64,000 nt of DNA. Source: a virus. Lineage: Duplodnaviria; Heunggongvirae; Uroviricota; Caudoviricetes. A program made the position numbers and the translations under genes. The first letter of the stretch is position 1; each line of letters starts with the position of its first letter. Of the stretch, positions 37,585-45,774 are shown piece by piece. The notes under the pieces were generated by a model. That model was not told the origin of the DNA. It ran no database searches and saw only the letters and a list, made by a program, of their open reading frames with translations. The DNA lies in IMG/VR virus record IMGVR_UViG_3300021387_000463, positions 299,001 to 363,000 of that record; one strand, given 5' to 3'.

Positions 37585-38113
37585 AAAAAGTAAAACTTCC
37601 ATAATCAAGAATAAATCAAAGAAGCGTACAACCCCAAAGGCAAAAACGGCTAGAGGGGCTGTACGTCATCCTCATCACCAGAAATATGGAACATCTAAGC
37701 TTGAGGAAGACTTTGCAAGAGATTTTCTTGATAAACTTGGTGTAAAGTATATCTATCAATTTGAAGCAAAGGATATTGGAAGGTTTTACGATTTTGCAAT
37801 TATTCTCAATGATGAAATGACAACTGGAAACATGATTCTAATTGAGATTGATGGTAGTTACTATCACTCAGACCCAAGACTTGTTAAGGAAGGTGAAATG
37901 AATCCGATGCAAAAACATAATAAAAGGGTTGATGAATTAAAAGATAAATGGGCATTATTGCATGGAATACCACTTATTAGGATTTGGGAGAAAGATATTC
38001 GTGAGAATCCAAAAATGGTGACGAAGGAACTCAAGGAAAGACTTTATATCGAGGATAAAAAGGTCACATTGACTGAAAAGAAAAATAAAAGACATATAAA
38101 TAAGATAAAATAA
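37568..38113 (+). CDS. Vsr/DUF559-like PD-(D/E)xK endonuclease
   Basis: SKLE, YDFAI, IEIDGSYYH, D..KD.WA...G..LIRIWE. Confidence 0.78.
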   Translation: MKQVIKKSKTSIIKNKSKKRTTPKAKTARGAVRHPHHQKYGTSKLEEDFARDFLDKLGVKYIYQFEAKDIGRFYDFAIILNDEMTTGNMILIEIDGSYYHSDPRLVKEGEMNPMQKHNKRVDELKDKWALLHGIPLIRIWEKDIRENPKMVTKELKERLYIEDKKVTLTEKKNKRHINKIK

Positions 38114-38115
38114 GC

Positions 38116-38295
38116 ATGTACAAAAGAATTTGGAAATACATATATGATTTTTTGGATGAAGCCAAAGCTAAAATGGATTCTGATTATAAAGAAAACCTCA
38201 CTGAAAAGAATATAGATAATTTTTTGGAATATATTGAAAATGGCTTAAATGATATTATTACAAAAAATGTATATGTTGTGTCTAAAATTGAATAA
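38116..38295 (+). CDS. 59-aa ORF missing from the track
   Basis: MYKRIWKYIYDFLDEAKAK...VVSKIE fills the gap between two genes. Confidence 0.5.
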   Translation: MYKRIWKYIYDFLDEAKAKMDSDYKENLTEKNIDNFLEYIENGLNDIITKNVYVVSKIE

Positions 38296-38333
38296 AATAA
38301 AAAACAGTATATTTATTCTAAAATTAAAAAGTT

Positions 38334-38948
38334 ATGGAAGTTACGTTATATTTACCTTACTATGATTACAATGACGGAAACTTTGACGTGAGCAATGATT
38401 ATTACAATGAGAACGAATATTCAGATGCCATGTCTAAGGATTTCAATAAAAGTAAGGACATTGTTTATAATTCTGTCCTAGCTGCAAAAGAGGGCACAGG
38501 AAGCCTTATTCAAGGTACAGATGGGCACACATACAAGTTTGGACAGAAAACCTCTCAGAGCGAAGATAAAGTGGCTTTTTCGAGTTGTATTGGTGAATTG
38601 TTAGATATTGACGGTAATAGTGATACCGTTGATGGCTTCATAACCAAGTTTGCACAACAAAAACAATTCTTAGAGATTGTTGAATTCAATTTGGATACCT
38701 CTGAGGAAGAATTTGAAACCGAATTATCACTCTGGTCTAGAGAGCATACTAGTATTAACAAGTATAAAGACCAATTAGGTGAAGATTGGGTATTGGCAAA
38801 AGAACCAAAGAGGAATCTTAAAGTACAGTTTAAGAATAATGCAAACCAAGATACATATGCTATTTTAGAGGATTGTAGAATCATGGATATTATCGACAAG
38901 AATATGTTTGTATTATTTGTTGAAAGAATAACTTTAGTAGATAAATAA
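38334..38948 (+). CDS. Hypothetical late (tail module) protein
   Basis: 204-aa ORF with ATATTTAT at 38309. Confidence 0.6.
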   Translation: MEVTLYLPYYDYNDGNFDVSNDYYNENEYSDAMSKDFNKSKDIVYNSVLAAKEGTGSLIQGTDGHTYKFGQKTSQSEDKVAFSSCIGELLDIDGNSDTVDGFITKFAQQKQFLEIVEFNLDTSEEEFETELSLWSREHTSINKYKDQLGEDWVLAKEPKRNLKVQFKNNANQDTYAILEDCRIMDIIDKNMFVLFVERITLVDK

Positions 38949-38955
38949 AATAGAA

Positions 38956-40278
38956 ATGGCTAAGAAGAAATTAACACCAGAGCAAGAAAGTCAGATTAAG
39001 ACACTTCTTGCAAACAACGAAATGCTTGAAAAGACAAAGAAGGAAGCTCAAGAGAGGGGAAACAAGGCATCTGTTCAGCAGATTGAAAGGGCACAAGAAG
39101 ATGTTCTTGAACACATTAAGATGATTGACCCAAGTTCCACTCCTACTATTTCCAAGAAAACATCATTGTCTTCAAACAAAAAGGTAATTAATCAAGACAA
39201 TTTGTTTGACACCGATATGTCTATATTCGACATTTTGGAAGAAAATGAGAAGAACAAGCAAGACTTTATTGAGGAAAAGATTAAGGAGGAAACACCAGAT
39301 GTTCCTTGGAGTGATGACAATTTAACTCCTAGTGAGACAACGATTGCAACAGAAACTACATTCAATGATATTGACTCAACAGCTCAATATGATGTAATTC
39401 AGTTGCCAAGTAACGGTCAATGTTATAGAAACAAGATGGATAGATTGCCAGTTGCTTATTTGACTGCTTATGATGAAAATATTATTATGTCACCAAACTT
39501 GTATAAGGATGGCCTCGTAATTGATTTCTTGCTCAAGAATAAGATTATAAATAAGGAAATCAATGTCGATGACCTTGTAAGTGGTGATATTGATGCAATT
39601 GTATTGTTCTTGAGGGCAACTAGCTATGGTCCTGATTTCCCAATAGTAGTAGCTGACCCAGAGACTGGTGAACAGATTGAAACAACCGTTGACCTTACAA
39701 CATTAAAGCCAAAGGAGTTTACACTTGTTGGTGATGAGAATGGATGGTTTGAATATATCACCCCAATAAAAAAGGATGTGATTAAGTTCCGTTATTTAAC
39801 TAGAAAGCAAGAGAAACAACTTAAGAAAGTCACTGAGCTTGAGAGTCTTGGAACAAAGGCATTTATGCTCAACCAAGAGAAAGAAACTCTTCTTGCAGCA
39901 TTGGTGGGTGATGAATATATTGCTGAGAATGATAAGAAGGTTATCAAGGCTGCAACATCTGTCATTGAAAGATGGACTGAAAAACTTAAGAAAGTTAATG
40001 AATCCAAATTCACTAGAATCATGACAAACGCAATGCAGTTACAGATTGTAGCTGTTAATGGTAACACTGATAGAGAGTTCATTAGAAAGTATATTAATAA
40101 CATGCCAGCGAGGGATTCGTTGATGTTAAGAAAATATATAAATGATAACAGACCTGGAATTGACTTTAACATTGAGGTTGAGAGACCTGAGAGTCTTGGA
40201 GGTGGCTCATTTAAGACCTTTCTTAACTGGGACGATTCTGTTTTCCTCAATATCTCCGATGGCAGAGAGGAATCTTAA
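38956..40278 (+). CDS. T4 gp26-like baseplate hub/tail assembly chaperone with an N-terminal extension
   Basis: LPSNG..Y, V.YLTA.DENI, L..GD.DAI..FLRATSYG, FRYLT, MPARDS..LRKYI...RPGID. Confidence 0.72.
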   Translation: MAKKKLTPEQESQIKTLLANNEMLEKTKKEAQERGNKASVQQIERAQEDVLEHIKMIDPSSTPTISKKTSLSSNKKVINQDNLFDTDMSIFDILEENEKNKQDFIEEKIKEETPDVPWSDDNLTPSETTIATETTFNDIDSTAQYDVIQLPSNGQCYRNKMDRLPVAYLTAYDENIIMSPNLYKDGLVIDFLLKNKIINKEINVDDLVSGDIDAIVLFLRATSYGPDFPIVVADPETGEQIETTVDLTTLKPKEFTLVGDENGWFEYITPIKKDVIKFRYLTRKQEKQLKKVTELESLGTKAFMLNQEKETLLAALVGDEYIAENDKKVIKAATSVIERWTEKLKKVNESKFTRIMTNAMQLQIVAVNGNTDREFIRKYINNMPARDSLMLRKYINDNRPGIDFNIEVERPESLGGGSFKTFLNWDDSVFLNISDGREES

Positions 40279-40510
40279 GGATGAACTATTTGCTTGCCAC
40301 ATGTATGTAAAGATTCCATATGAGGCATTGATGAAAATGCCAGTTATGGATAGAAAATACTACATACACAAGTATAACGAATATATGGAGGCTAGAAATG
40401 ACGCAATGAATGGAAATGAGGGTGGCTCTTCATCACACGATATTTCAAAATTCACAAGCATGAGTCAAGGACTCAATGGGGATGACATTGCTGAAGAAAT
40501 GGGATTATAA
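40241..40510 (+). CDS. gp51-like small partner ORF overlapping the chaperone 3' end (frameshift extension or separate start)
   Basis: LKDELF.C...KIPYE.LMKMPV.DRKYYI in the +1 frame; start uncertain (ATG 40259 lacks an A-rich context). Confidence 0.6.
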   Translation, partial: FSSISPMAERNLKDELFACHMYVKIPYEALMKMPVMDRKYYIHKYNEYMEARNDAMNGNEGGSSSHDISKFTSMSQGLNGDDIAEEMGL

Positions 40511-40512
40511 AT

Positions 40513-40548
40513 AAAAAAAGCGAGACTCAGCTAAGAATCTCGCTTTTT
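40513..40548. terminator. Bidirectional terminator
   Basis: AAAAAGCGAGA...TCTCGCTTTTT. Confidence 0.85.
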
Positions 40549-40552
40549 GCAT

Positions 40553-41257
40553 TTATTTTGCAGTAGCAAAAGCATAATCATGAGCTTTCTTGAGTTTTTC
40601 GGCAATCTCAATTCCGTATTCAGAAAGGTCAACTCCATATCTATCTGCTAGCTTCAAATCATTTACCGTAACGATTAAGTCCTTTCTCTTTGCGATAATC
40701 TTCAGAGCCTCAAGATTTTTATTGCGGATGCAATTACCAAGGGCTGCACAGTCAAAATCATTAACAATGTTGATGTCAACTTCTTTCTTCGATGCAAGAG
40801 CCTCAACAATCCACAACATTTTTGGGAATTCGCAAGCAATGTTGATTGCAGTGTCAGAGTTAAGGTCTTTTGTGTTGAAGTCGTATGTATCAGACTTCAA
40901 GATGGCATTAATCATCCTTTCGCATGTCTTTTCATTTTCCTTATCATTTGAGATTTCCTCACTGCCATAGATGTACATTAACGATATTAAAAGTGTCTCA
41001 CCAAAACCATCTTTTATAGATGAATCAAATGTTGGATGATTTACGATTACTTCAAACAAATCATACATCTTATGGCTTATTGCAGAAAAAATTGGGATAC
41101 GATGTTTGTATTTGTGATTAACGTTAATATCTTTGTAATGTTTTATGAGGTCAATTGCACCTTGTTCATCACCTTTGTTAATTAGTTTGTGCAATTTGAT
41201 GCTAGCTTGAATGCTTGTCATCTTTTCACCAATGTTTTTAAAATTAAAGTTACCCAT
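40553..41257 (-). CDS. Ankyrin-repeat protein (paralogue of 32334-32990)
   Basis: Shares KLHKLI..GDEQGAI.LI, PIFSAI..KMYDLFEVIVNHPTFD and DLSEYG with the first copy. Confidence 0.78.
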   Translation of the reverse strand: MGNFNFKNIGEKMTSIQASIKLHKLINKGDEQGAIDLIKHYKDINVNHKYKHRIPIFSAISHKMYDLFEVIVNHPTFDSSIKDGFGETLLISLMYIYGSEEISNDKENEKTCERMINAILKSDTYDFNTKDLNSDTAINIACEFPKMLWIVEALASKKEVDINIVNDFDCAALGNCIRNKNLEALKIIAKRKDLIVTVNDLKLADRYGVDLSEYGIEIAEKLKKAHDYAFATAK

Positions 41258-41287
41258 ATATTCTTTGTATTTAAAAGTTATTTTTTG

Positions 41288-41340
41288 CAAAGATACTAAA
41301 AAAAACTGAGATAACCAAATTTGTTAACCCAAATTAACAA
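41288..41340 (-). promoter_or_regulatory. -33/-7 promoter with an upstream TTGTTAA-N6-TTAACAA palindrome
   Basis: TTTG-N20-TATCTTTG on the minus strand; palindrome at 41321-41340. Confidence 0.82.
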
Positions 41341-41349
41341 AAAAAACGC

Positions 41350-41994
41350 TCAAGGATTTGTACCTTGGGCGTTTTGTTGTATTGCCATATATTCTCTTTT
41401 CACTTGGTTTATGCTTTGTAAAGCATCGATTATGATATTGCTATGACTAGAAAGCTCATTTGGATATTTACTTGCTAACCCTTGGAATCTAAGTGATATC
41501 TGTGCATAGCTGTTGTTCACTAATTCTGATAATTTAACACTTGGGATATTATTTGGATTACTGTTGTATTGGGTTGTATTTTGATTGTTCTGTGCGTTTG
41601 TTTCATTGCCGTTATTGCCAATGTATCCTCTTTTATATAGTTGTTTTCTAGCCCAGTTTGCACCTTTATAGAGACCATTTTCGAAGTCATTCCATAGATT
41701 ACCACCCAATTCACTTGGGTATTGTACACCATAATCACTCAGTCTGAAATCCTCATTCAAACTATTTGCTTTAACACATCTGTCTATAGCAAATATAACT
41801 TGAAATATATATGTACATAAATCATTAAGAAATGCGTCAATTTCCTTATTTTTGGTAAATCCCAAATTCTTTATATCTTCAGCATATTTCTTCAATGGCT
41901 GCATATATTTAGCTAATGGAGAAACATCAATTGCCTCAGATAATATCAGTCTGTTTATTTCTTCCCTTATTATTCTCTTATAATTAATATCCAT
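41350..41994 (-). CDS. Putative internal head protein
   Basis: N-terminal KRIIREEINRLILSE motif; late ATATTTAT motif on the minus strand at 42014-42021. Confidence 0.5.
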   Translation of the reverse strand: MDINYKRIIREEINRLILSEAIDVSPLAKYMQPLKKYAEDIKNLGFTKNKEIDAFLNDLCTYIFQVIFAIDRCVKANSLNEDFRLSDYGVQYPSELGGNLWNDFENGLYKGANWARKQLYKRGYIGNNGNETNAQNNQNTTQYNSNPNNIPSVKLSELVNNSYAQISLRFQGLASKYPNELSSHSNIIIDALQSINQVKREYMAIQQNAQGTNP

Positions 41995-42102
41995 AAACTG
42001 TTTTTGTTTATGTATAAATATCAAAATAAAATAAAAAAGAGCAACCGTTTATGATTGCTCTAATTTTAATATTTTCTTGGGGTAAGGTTGATATTGTAAA
42101 CA

Positions 42103-42456
42103 TTACATATGTGACCTAAGTAATTCTAGCTTTTCACTGAAATAAGATATTCTTTCTGTACAATGTTCTATCTCTTCATTAATTAACTTTTTTCTGTGTT
42201 TGATAGCATCACTTTCATTCCAAAATGCATTACAAATCCTAATTTCTCCCACTTTTTGGGAATTGGATGTTCTCTCATACAATACTTCATTATTATCATC
42301 CTTCACAGAATGAAGATATGCAATAGGAAAATGTTTTGTTATTACTCTACAATTTTCATGTTTTATTACTTGTGGAACACCATTCACTGTCCATACCGTG
42401 AAAATTGTATGTTTTTTCAATTTTCCATTTTTAATTATAACTACAGAATTATCCAT
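42103..42456 (-). CDS. Hypothetical protein
   Basis: 117-aa ORF in an operon with the SprT gene. Confidence 0.6.
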   Translation of the reverse strand: MDNSVVIIKNGKLKKHTIFTVWTVNGVPQVIKHENCRVITKHFPIAYLHSVKDDNNEVLYERTSNSQKVGEIRICNAFWNESDAIKHRKKLINEEIEHCTERISYFSEKLELLRSHM

Positions 42457-42464
42457 AATATTTT

Positions 42465-42881
42465 TTAAAATAAAGTTGATAATGTAAACATTAATTTTGA
42501 TTTTCCCTTTTTAATATTATATGGTGTGAGGTCAATTGTTGGAGTGATGTTCATGCCATACATCTTATTGAATTTCTCAGCCATTTCGGTGAATTCCTTG
42601 CCGTGATGACATTGTGGGTCAATTCCTTGATATGCAAGGTAATAGTGAATCATTTCGTGTACGATGATGTCTCTCAACTGAGACTCTGTATAATCGTAAT
42701 TATCACTTACCTCAATCGTTTGATTAAACATACATCCATCCTCGTCATACTCGCAAGAGAAGTATCCCAATGTCTTGAAAGAATGCCTTACCTTGAAATT
42801 TGGCGCTGGCAAATAATTATCAAAATAATCAAAATTATAAAGATGGAATGAAAAATAGATTGTATCCCTAGTAATCTCCAT
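42465..42881 (-). CDS. SprT-like zinc metalloprotease
   Basis: F..YN..YF...LP, TLG.F, HEMIH and HGKEF motifs. Confidence 0.85.
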   Translation of the reverse strand: MEITRDTIYFSFHLYNFDYFDNYLPAPNFKVRHSFKTLGYFSCEYDEDGCMFNQTIEVSDNYDYTESQLRDIIVHEMIHYYLAYQGIDPQCHHGKEFTEMAEKFNKMYGMNITPTIDLTPYNIKKGKSKLMFTLSTLF

Positions 42882-42883
42882 AA

Positions 42884-43036
42884 TCAACCACAATATTTAC
42901 CAATCAAATATAATCCTCCAATCACGATTACAAGTCCAATGATAGTGCCAAGAACTCTTCCAATCAATGCTTGAATATATTCCCAAAAGGAGTTGTATTC
43001 CCAAATGAATCCTCCCCATTCTTCGTAAAATCTCAT
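42884..43036 (-). CDS. 50-aa single-TM membrane protein (different frame from the track ORF)
   Basis: MRFYEEWGGFIWEYNSFWEYIQALIGRVLGTIIGLVIVIGGLYLIGKYCG; starts 27 nt below a -7 box and ends 2 nt before the SprT start. Confidence 0.65.
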   Translation of the reverse strand: MRFYEEWGGFIWEYNSFWEYIQALIGRVLGTIIGLVIVIGGLYLIGKYCG

Positions 43037-43062
43037 AACCTTTATTTTTTTTAATTCTGATG

Positions 43063-43093
43063 CAAAGATACGAAATAATTTTCATTTGGCAAA
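43063..43093 (-). promoter_or_regulatory. -33/-7 promoter of the SprT operon
   Basis: TTTG-N19-TATCTTTG on the minus strand. Confidence 0.8.
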
Positions 43094-43157
43094 GAATAAA
43101 TTGTTAAAAAATGATAAATATCATATTTATCTATAAATTAAATAGGTAATCGATTAG

Positions 43158-45743
43158 ATGAATACATTATTAGCTAATACTTTAATAGCCGCAGCTGGCA
43201 TCATACGTGGTACTCTTGCAAGTGCCTTCAACTACCTTAATACCCTCATAAAGAGTGGTACTCAAGGTGCTATGCAGTTCCATCAAGAAGGTATTGCATT
43301 TGCTCGTGAAATGGGTATGAATGCCAAAGAAGCGCAAGCATATACAGAGGTTTTGACTGACCGTACTGAGAAACTTGCGATGAAATATGGCGTTGCTGCT
43401 GAACAAGTAAAGGAACTACAGAGGAACATTTCTGTTGCAACTAGTAGACAGTTGATGCTCAATGAGTCGCAAGCTGAAGGTTTCCTACAGTTGAACAAAC
43501 TTGTTGGTTCTAGCACTGTTACCAAGTTCACAGAGGAAATGATGAATGGCATGGGTGGACAACTCGATACCGTTCAAGGTGCTGTCTCAAAGGCTTATGC
43601 TACAGCAGCAAAGAGTGGTCTTAATGCCCAAAAGGTTACTGAAAAAATTGCTAATAACTTGAGTATGGCAAACAAGCTATCATTCCGTACAGGCATTGAT
43701 GGACTTACTCGTATGGCAATGCAAGCTGAGAAGGTTGGAATGAGTCTTTCAACTGTTGAATCAGTTGCAAATAATTTCATGGAAATTGATTCAGCAATTG
43801 AACATTCAGCAATGCTTAATATGTTAGGTGGTGCTGCTGGTATCTTTGGTGGTAATCCTCTTGATATGGCATATGAGGCAAATAACGACCCTGAAGCATT
43901 ACAGAAACGTATAACTTCAGCATTAGGAGGTTTAGCTAGTTTTGACTCAACAAAGGGTATTGCTTCGATGAATGGACTTAACATGGACTTTGCTAGAAAT
44001 ATAGCAAAGGCATTGGGAATGAGCCCAGATGAAGCAGTTAGAGTAGCAAAAAAGCAAGCTGAAGTTGGCTTTAAAGAACAAAACATAAGTTCATCTGTAA
44101 TGGCTGGTCTTACTCAAGAACAGCGTGACTTCTTAATCAATAAATCAAATGTAGCAAATGGTAAGACAACATATACAGCTAACGTAAATGGTAAATCTCA
44201 AACATTTGATTTAACTAAAGAAGCAGTCCCTAAAGAGGTTCTTGAGGAAATGATGAAATATGAGGGCATGTCTGACCGTGACATCATGGAAGAAAACGCT
44301 AGAAGCCTTTCATCAATTAATGAGATATTGACTGGAATTAAGACTTCAATAACAGCTATGTTTGCAAAATTCATTGAAGGACTATTCCCTGAAATGCAAG
44401 GAGATGTTAAAAAAGCTGGTGAATGGCTCAAAAATAAATTAGAACCTATAGCTAAAGATATTAGAGAAAGTGCTAGAAGCGCATATAACTGGGTTAAAGA
44501 AAATAAAGAATTAATCAAAACAGCCGCTAGTGGCCTTATAGGATTTATCAAAGGTTTCACATCACTGATAACACCTATTTTGAACTTTGCAAAGGATTGG
44601 CCTAAGACAAGTGCTGCCATTATTGCAGCAATTTGGGGCGCTAAAGCTCTTGGTAAAATGGGACTTGGAAGAGGTATTGGACGAGGTGCTAGAGGAGCTG
44701 CTAGAAGTGGTGGAGGACGTTTACTAGGAAAAATTGGCAGAGGTTTAGCGAAAGCGTTCAAATCTGGAGGTTCAGCTTTAAAGAAGGCTGCAATCGCTGC
44801 TGGAAAGAGTCTAACTAAAGGCGCTATTGCTGGAGCACGTGGGCTTAATAACTTATTAACTAAAGGGAAACATTCTCATACTTTAAAACAAGCTTGGGGT
44901 ACTGCCAAAGGAACTTTTAAAAGAACAAGTGGGTCAACTGCTAGACAATTGTTGCATGGTGGAAAAGCTTTATGGAATAACTCTGGATTAGTTAGAGGTT
45001 TAGTTAGAGGAGGAGGCATTGGAATCGCTGGTATGGTTGGAAACTATGCCACTGATAAAATGGCTGAAAGCGGCACTATATCAAAGGGTGGGGTAGCCCA
45101 TTCAGCACTAAAAGCTGTATCAACTGGTGCAGAATATGCTGCTTTAGGGGCTACAATCGGAAGTATCATTCCTGGAATTGGTACTGGAATCGGTGCTGGT
45201 GCTGGTTTTATAGCAGGAGCAATAAAAGGACTTTATGATGCCCAGAAGAGCAAGGGAGAAGCTGCTGAGGCAGCAAATTCTTCATTAAATAAAACTAACT
45301 TTGATGGAGGAGGTGCAGTAGGTGGTGCTAAAGGTAAGCCATATCAAGTGACTGTACACGGTGGTGAAGGCGTAATTACTCCGCAGCAGTTCAACTCAGT
45401 ATTTGGTGAAACTCCAGTTAAACCAAAGAAGTCTCTTGGCGAAGCTGAGTATATTTATAAGCCAAACAGAACTGAAACATCAAGTATAAATGGCAATACA
45501 ATTACAGTTAAGGACTTTAATATTAATATAAATGGTACATTGAAGCTTGATGGCGGTAAATCATATAAGAATATTGATGTTAACGAATTATTAAGAGACC
45601 AAGCATTTATGACATCACTTAAGAATATGATTAAGACATCAATCAACCAAGATATTAATGGTGGTAGATTCATGAATGACTTGGCTACAATGAGTGGATT
45701 CCCAGCACAGACAAGTATATATGGAAAACACGCAAACCTTTAA
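43158..45743 (+). CDS. Tape-measure-like protein
   Basis: A/G/M-rich helical protein with hydrophobic G-rich segments, between the chaperone and baseplate genes. Confidence 0.72.
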   Translation: MNTLLANTLIAAAGIIRGTLASAFNYLNTLIKSGTQGAMQFHQEGIAFAREMGMNAKEAQAYTEVLTDRTEKLAMKYGVAAEQVKELQRNISVATSRQLMLNESQAEGFLQLNKLVGSSTVTKFTEEMMNGMGGQLDTVQGAVSKAYATAAKSGLNAQKVTEKIANNLSMANKLSFRTGIDGLTRMAMQAEKVGMSLSTVESVANNFMEIDSAIEHSAMLNMLGGAAGIFGGNPLDMAYEANNDPEALQKRITSALGGLASFDSTKGIASMNGLNMDFARNIAKALGMSPDEAVRVAKKQAEVGFKEQNISSSVMAGLTQEQRDFLINKSNVANGKTTYTANVNGKSQTFDLTKEAVPKEVLEEMMKYEGMSDRDIMEENARSLSSINEILTGIKTSITAMFAKFIEGLFPEMQGDVKKAGEWLKNKLEPIAKDIRESARSAYNWVKENKELIKTAASGLIGFIKGFTSLITPILNFAKDWPKTSAAIIAAIWGAKALGKMGLGRGIGRGARGAARSGGGRLLGKIGRGLAKAFKSGGSALKKAAIAAGKSLTKGAIAGARGLNNLLTKGKHSHTLKQAWGTAKGTFKRTSGSTARQLLHGGKALWNNSGLVRGLVRGGGIGIAGMVGNYATDKMAESGTISKGGVAHSALKAVSTGAEYAALGATIGSIIPGIGTGIGAGAGFIAGAIKGLYDAQKSKGEAAEAANSSLNKTNFDGGGAVGGAKGKPYQVTVHGGEGVITPQQFNSVFGETPVKPKKSLGEAEYIYKPNRTETSSINGNTITVKDFNININGTLKLDGGKSYKNIDVNELLRDQAFMTSLKNMIKTSINQDINGGRFMNDLATMSGFPAQTSIYGKHANL

Positions 45744-45774
45744 TTATTTTAAAAAATAAGTTATATTTTATATT

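Noticed and set aside
42897-43085. Track ORF of 62 aa on the minus strand
   Set aside because: It runs across the -7 promoter box; the 42884-43036 frame has a better start, a TM helix and tight coupling to SprT.
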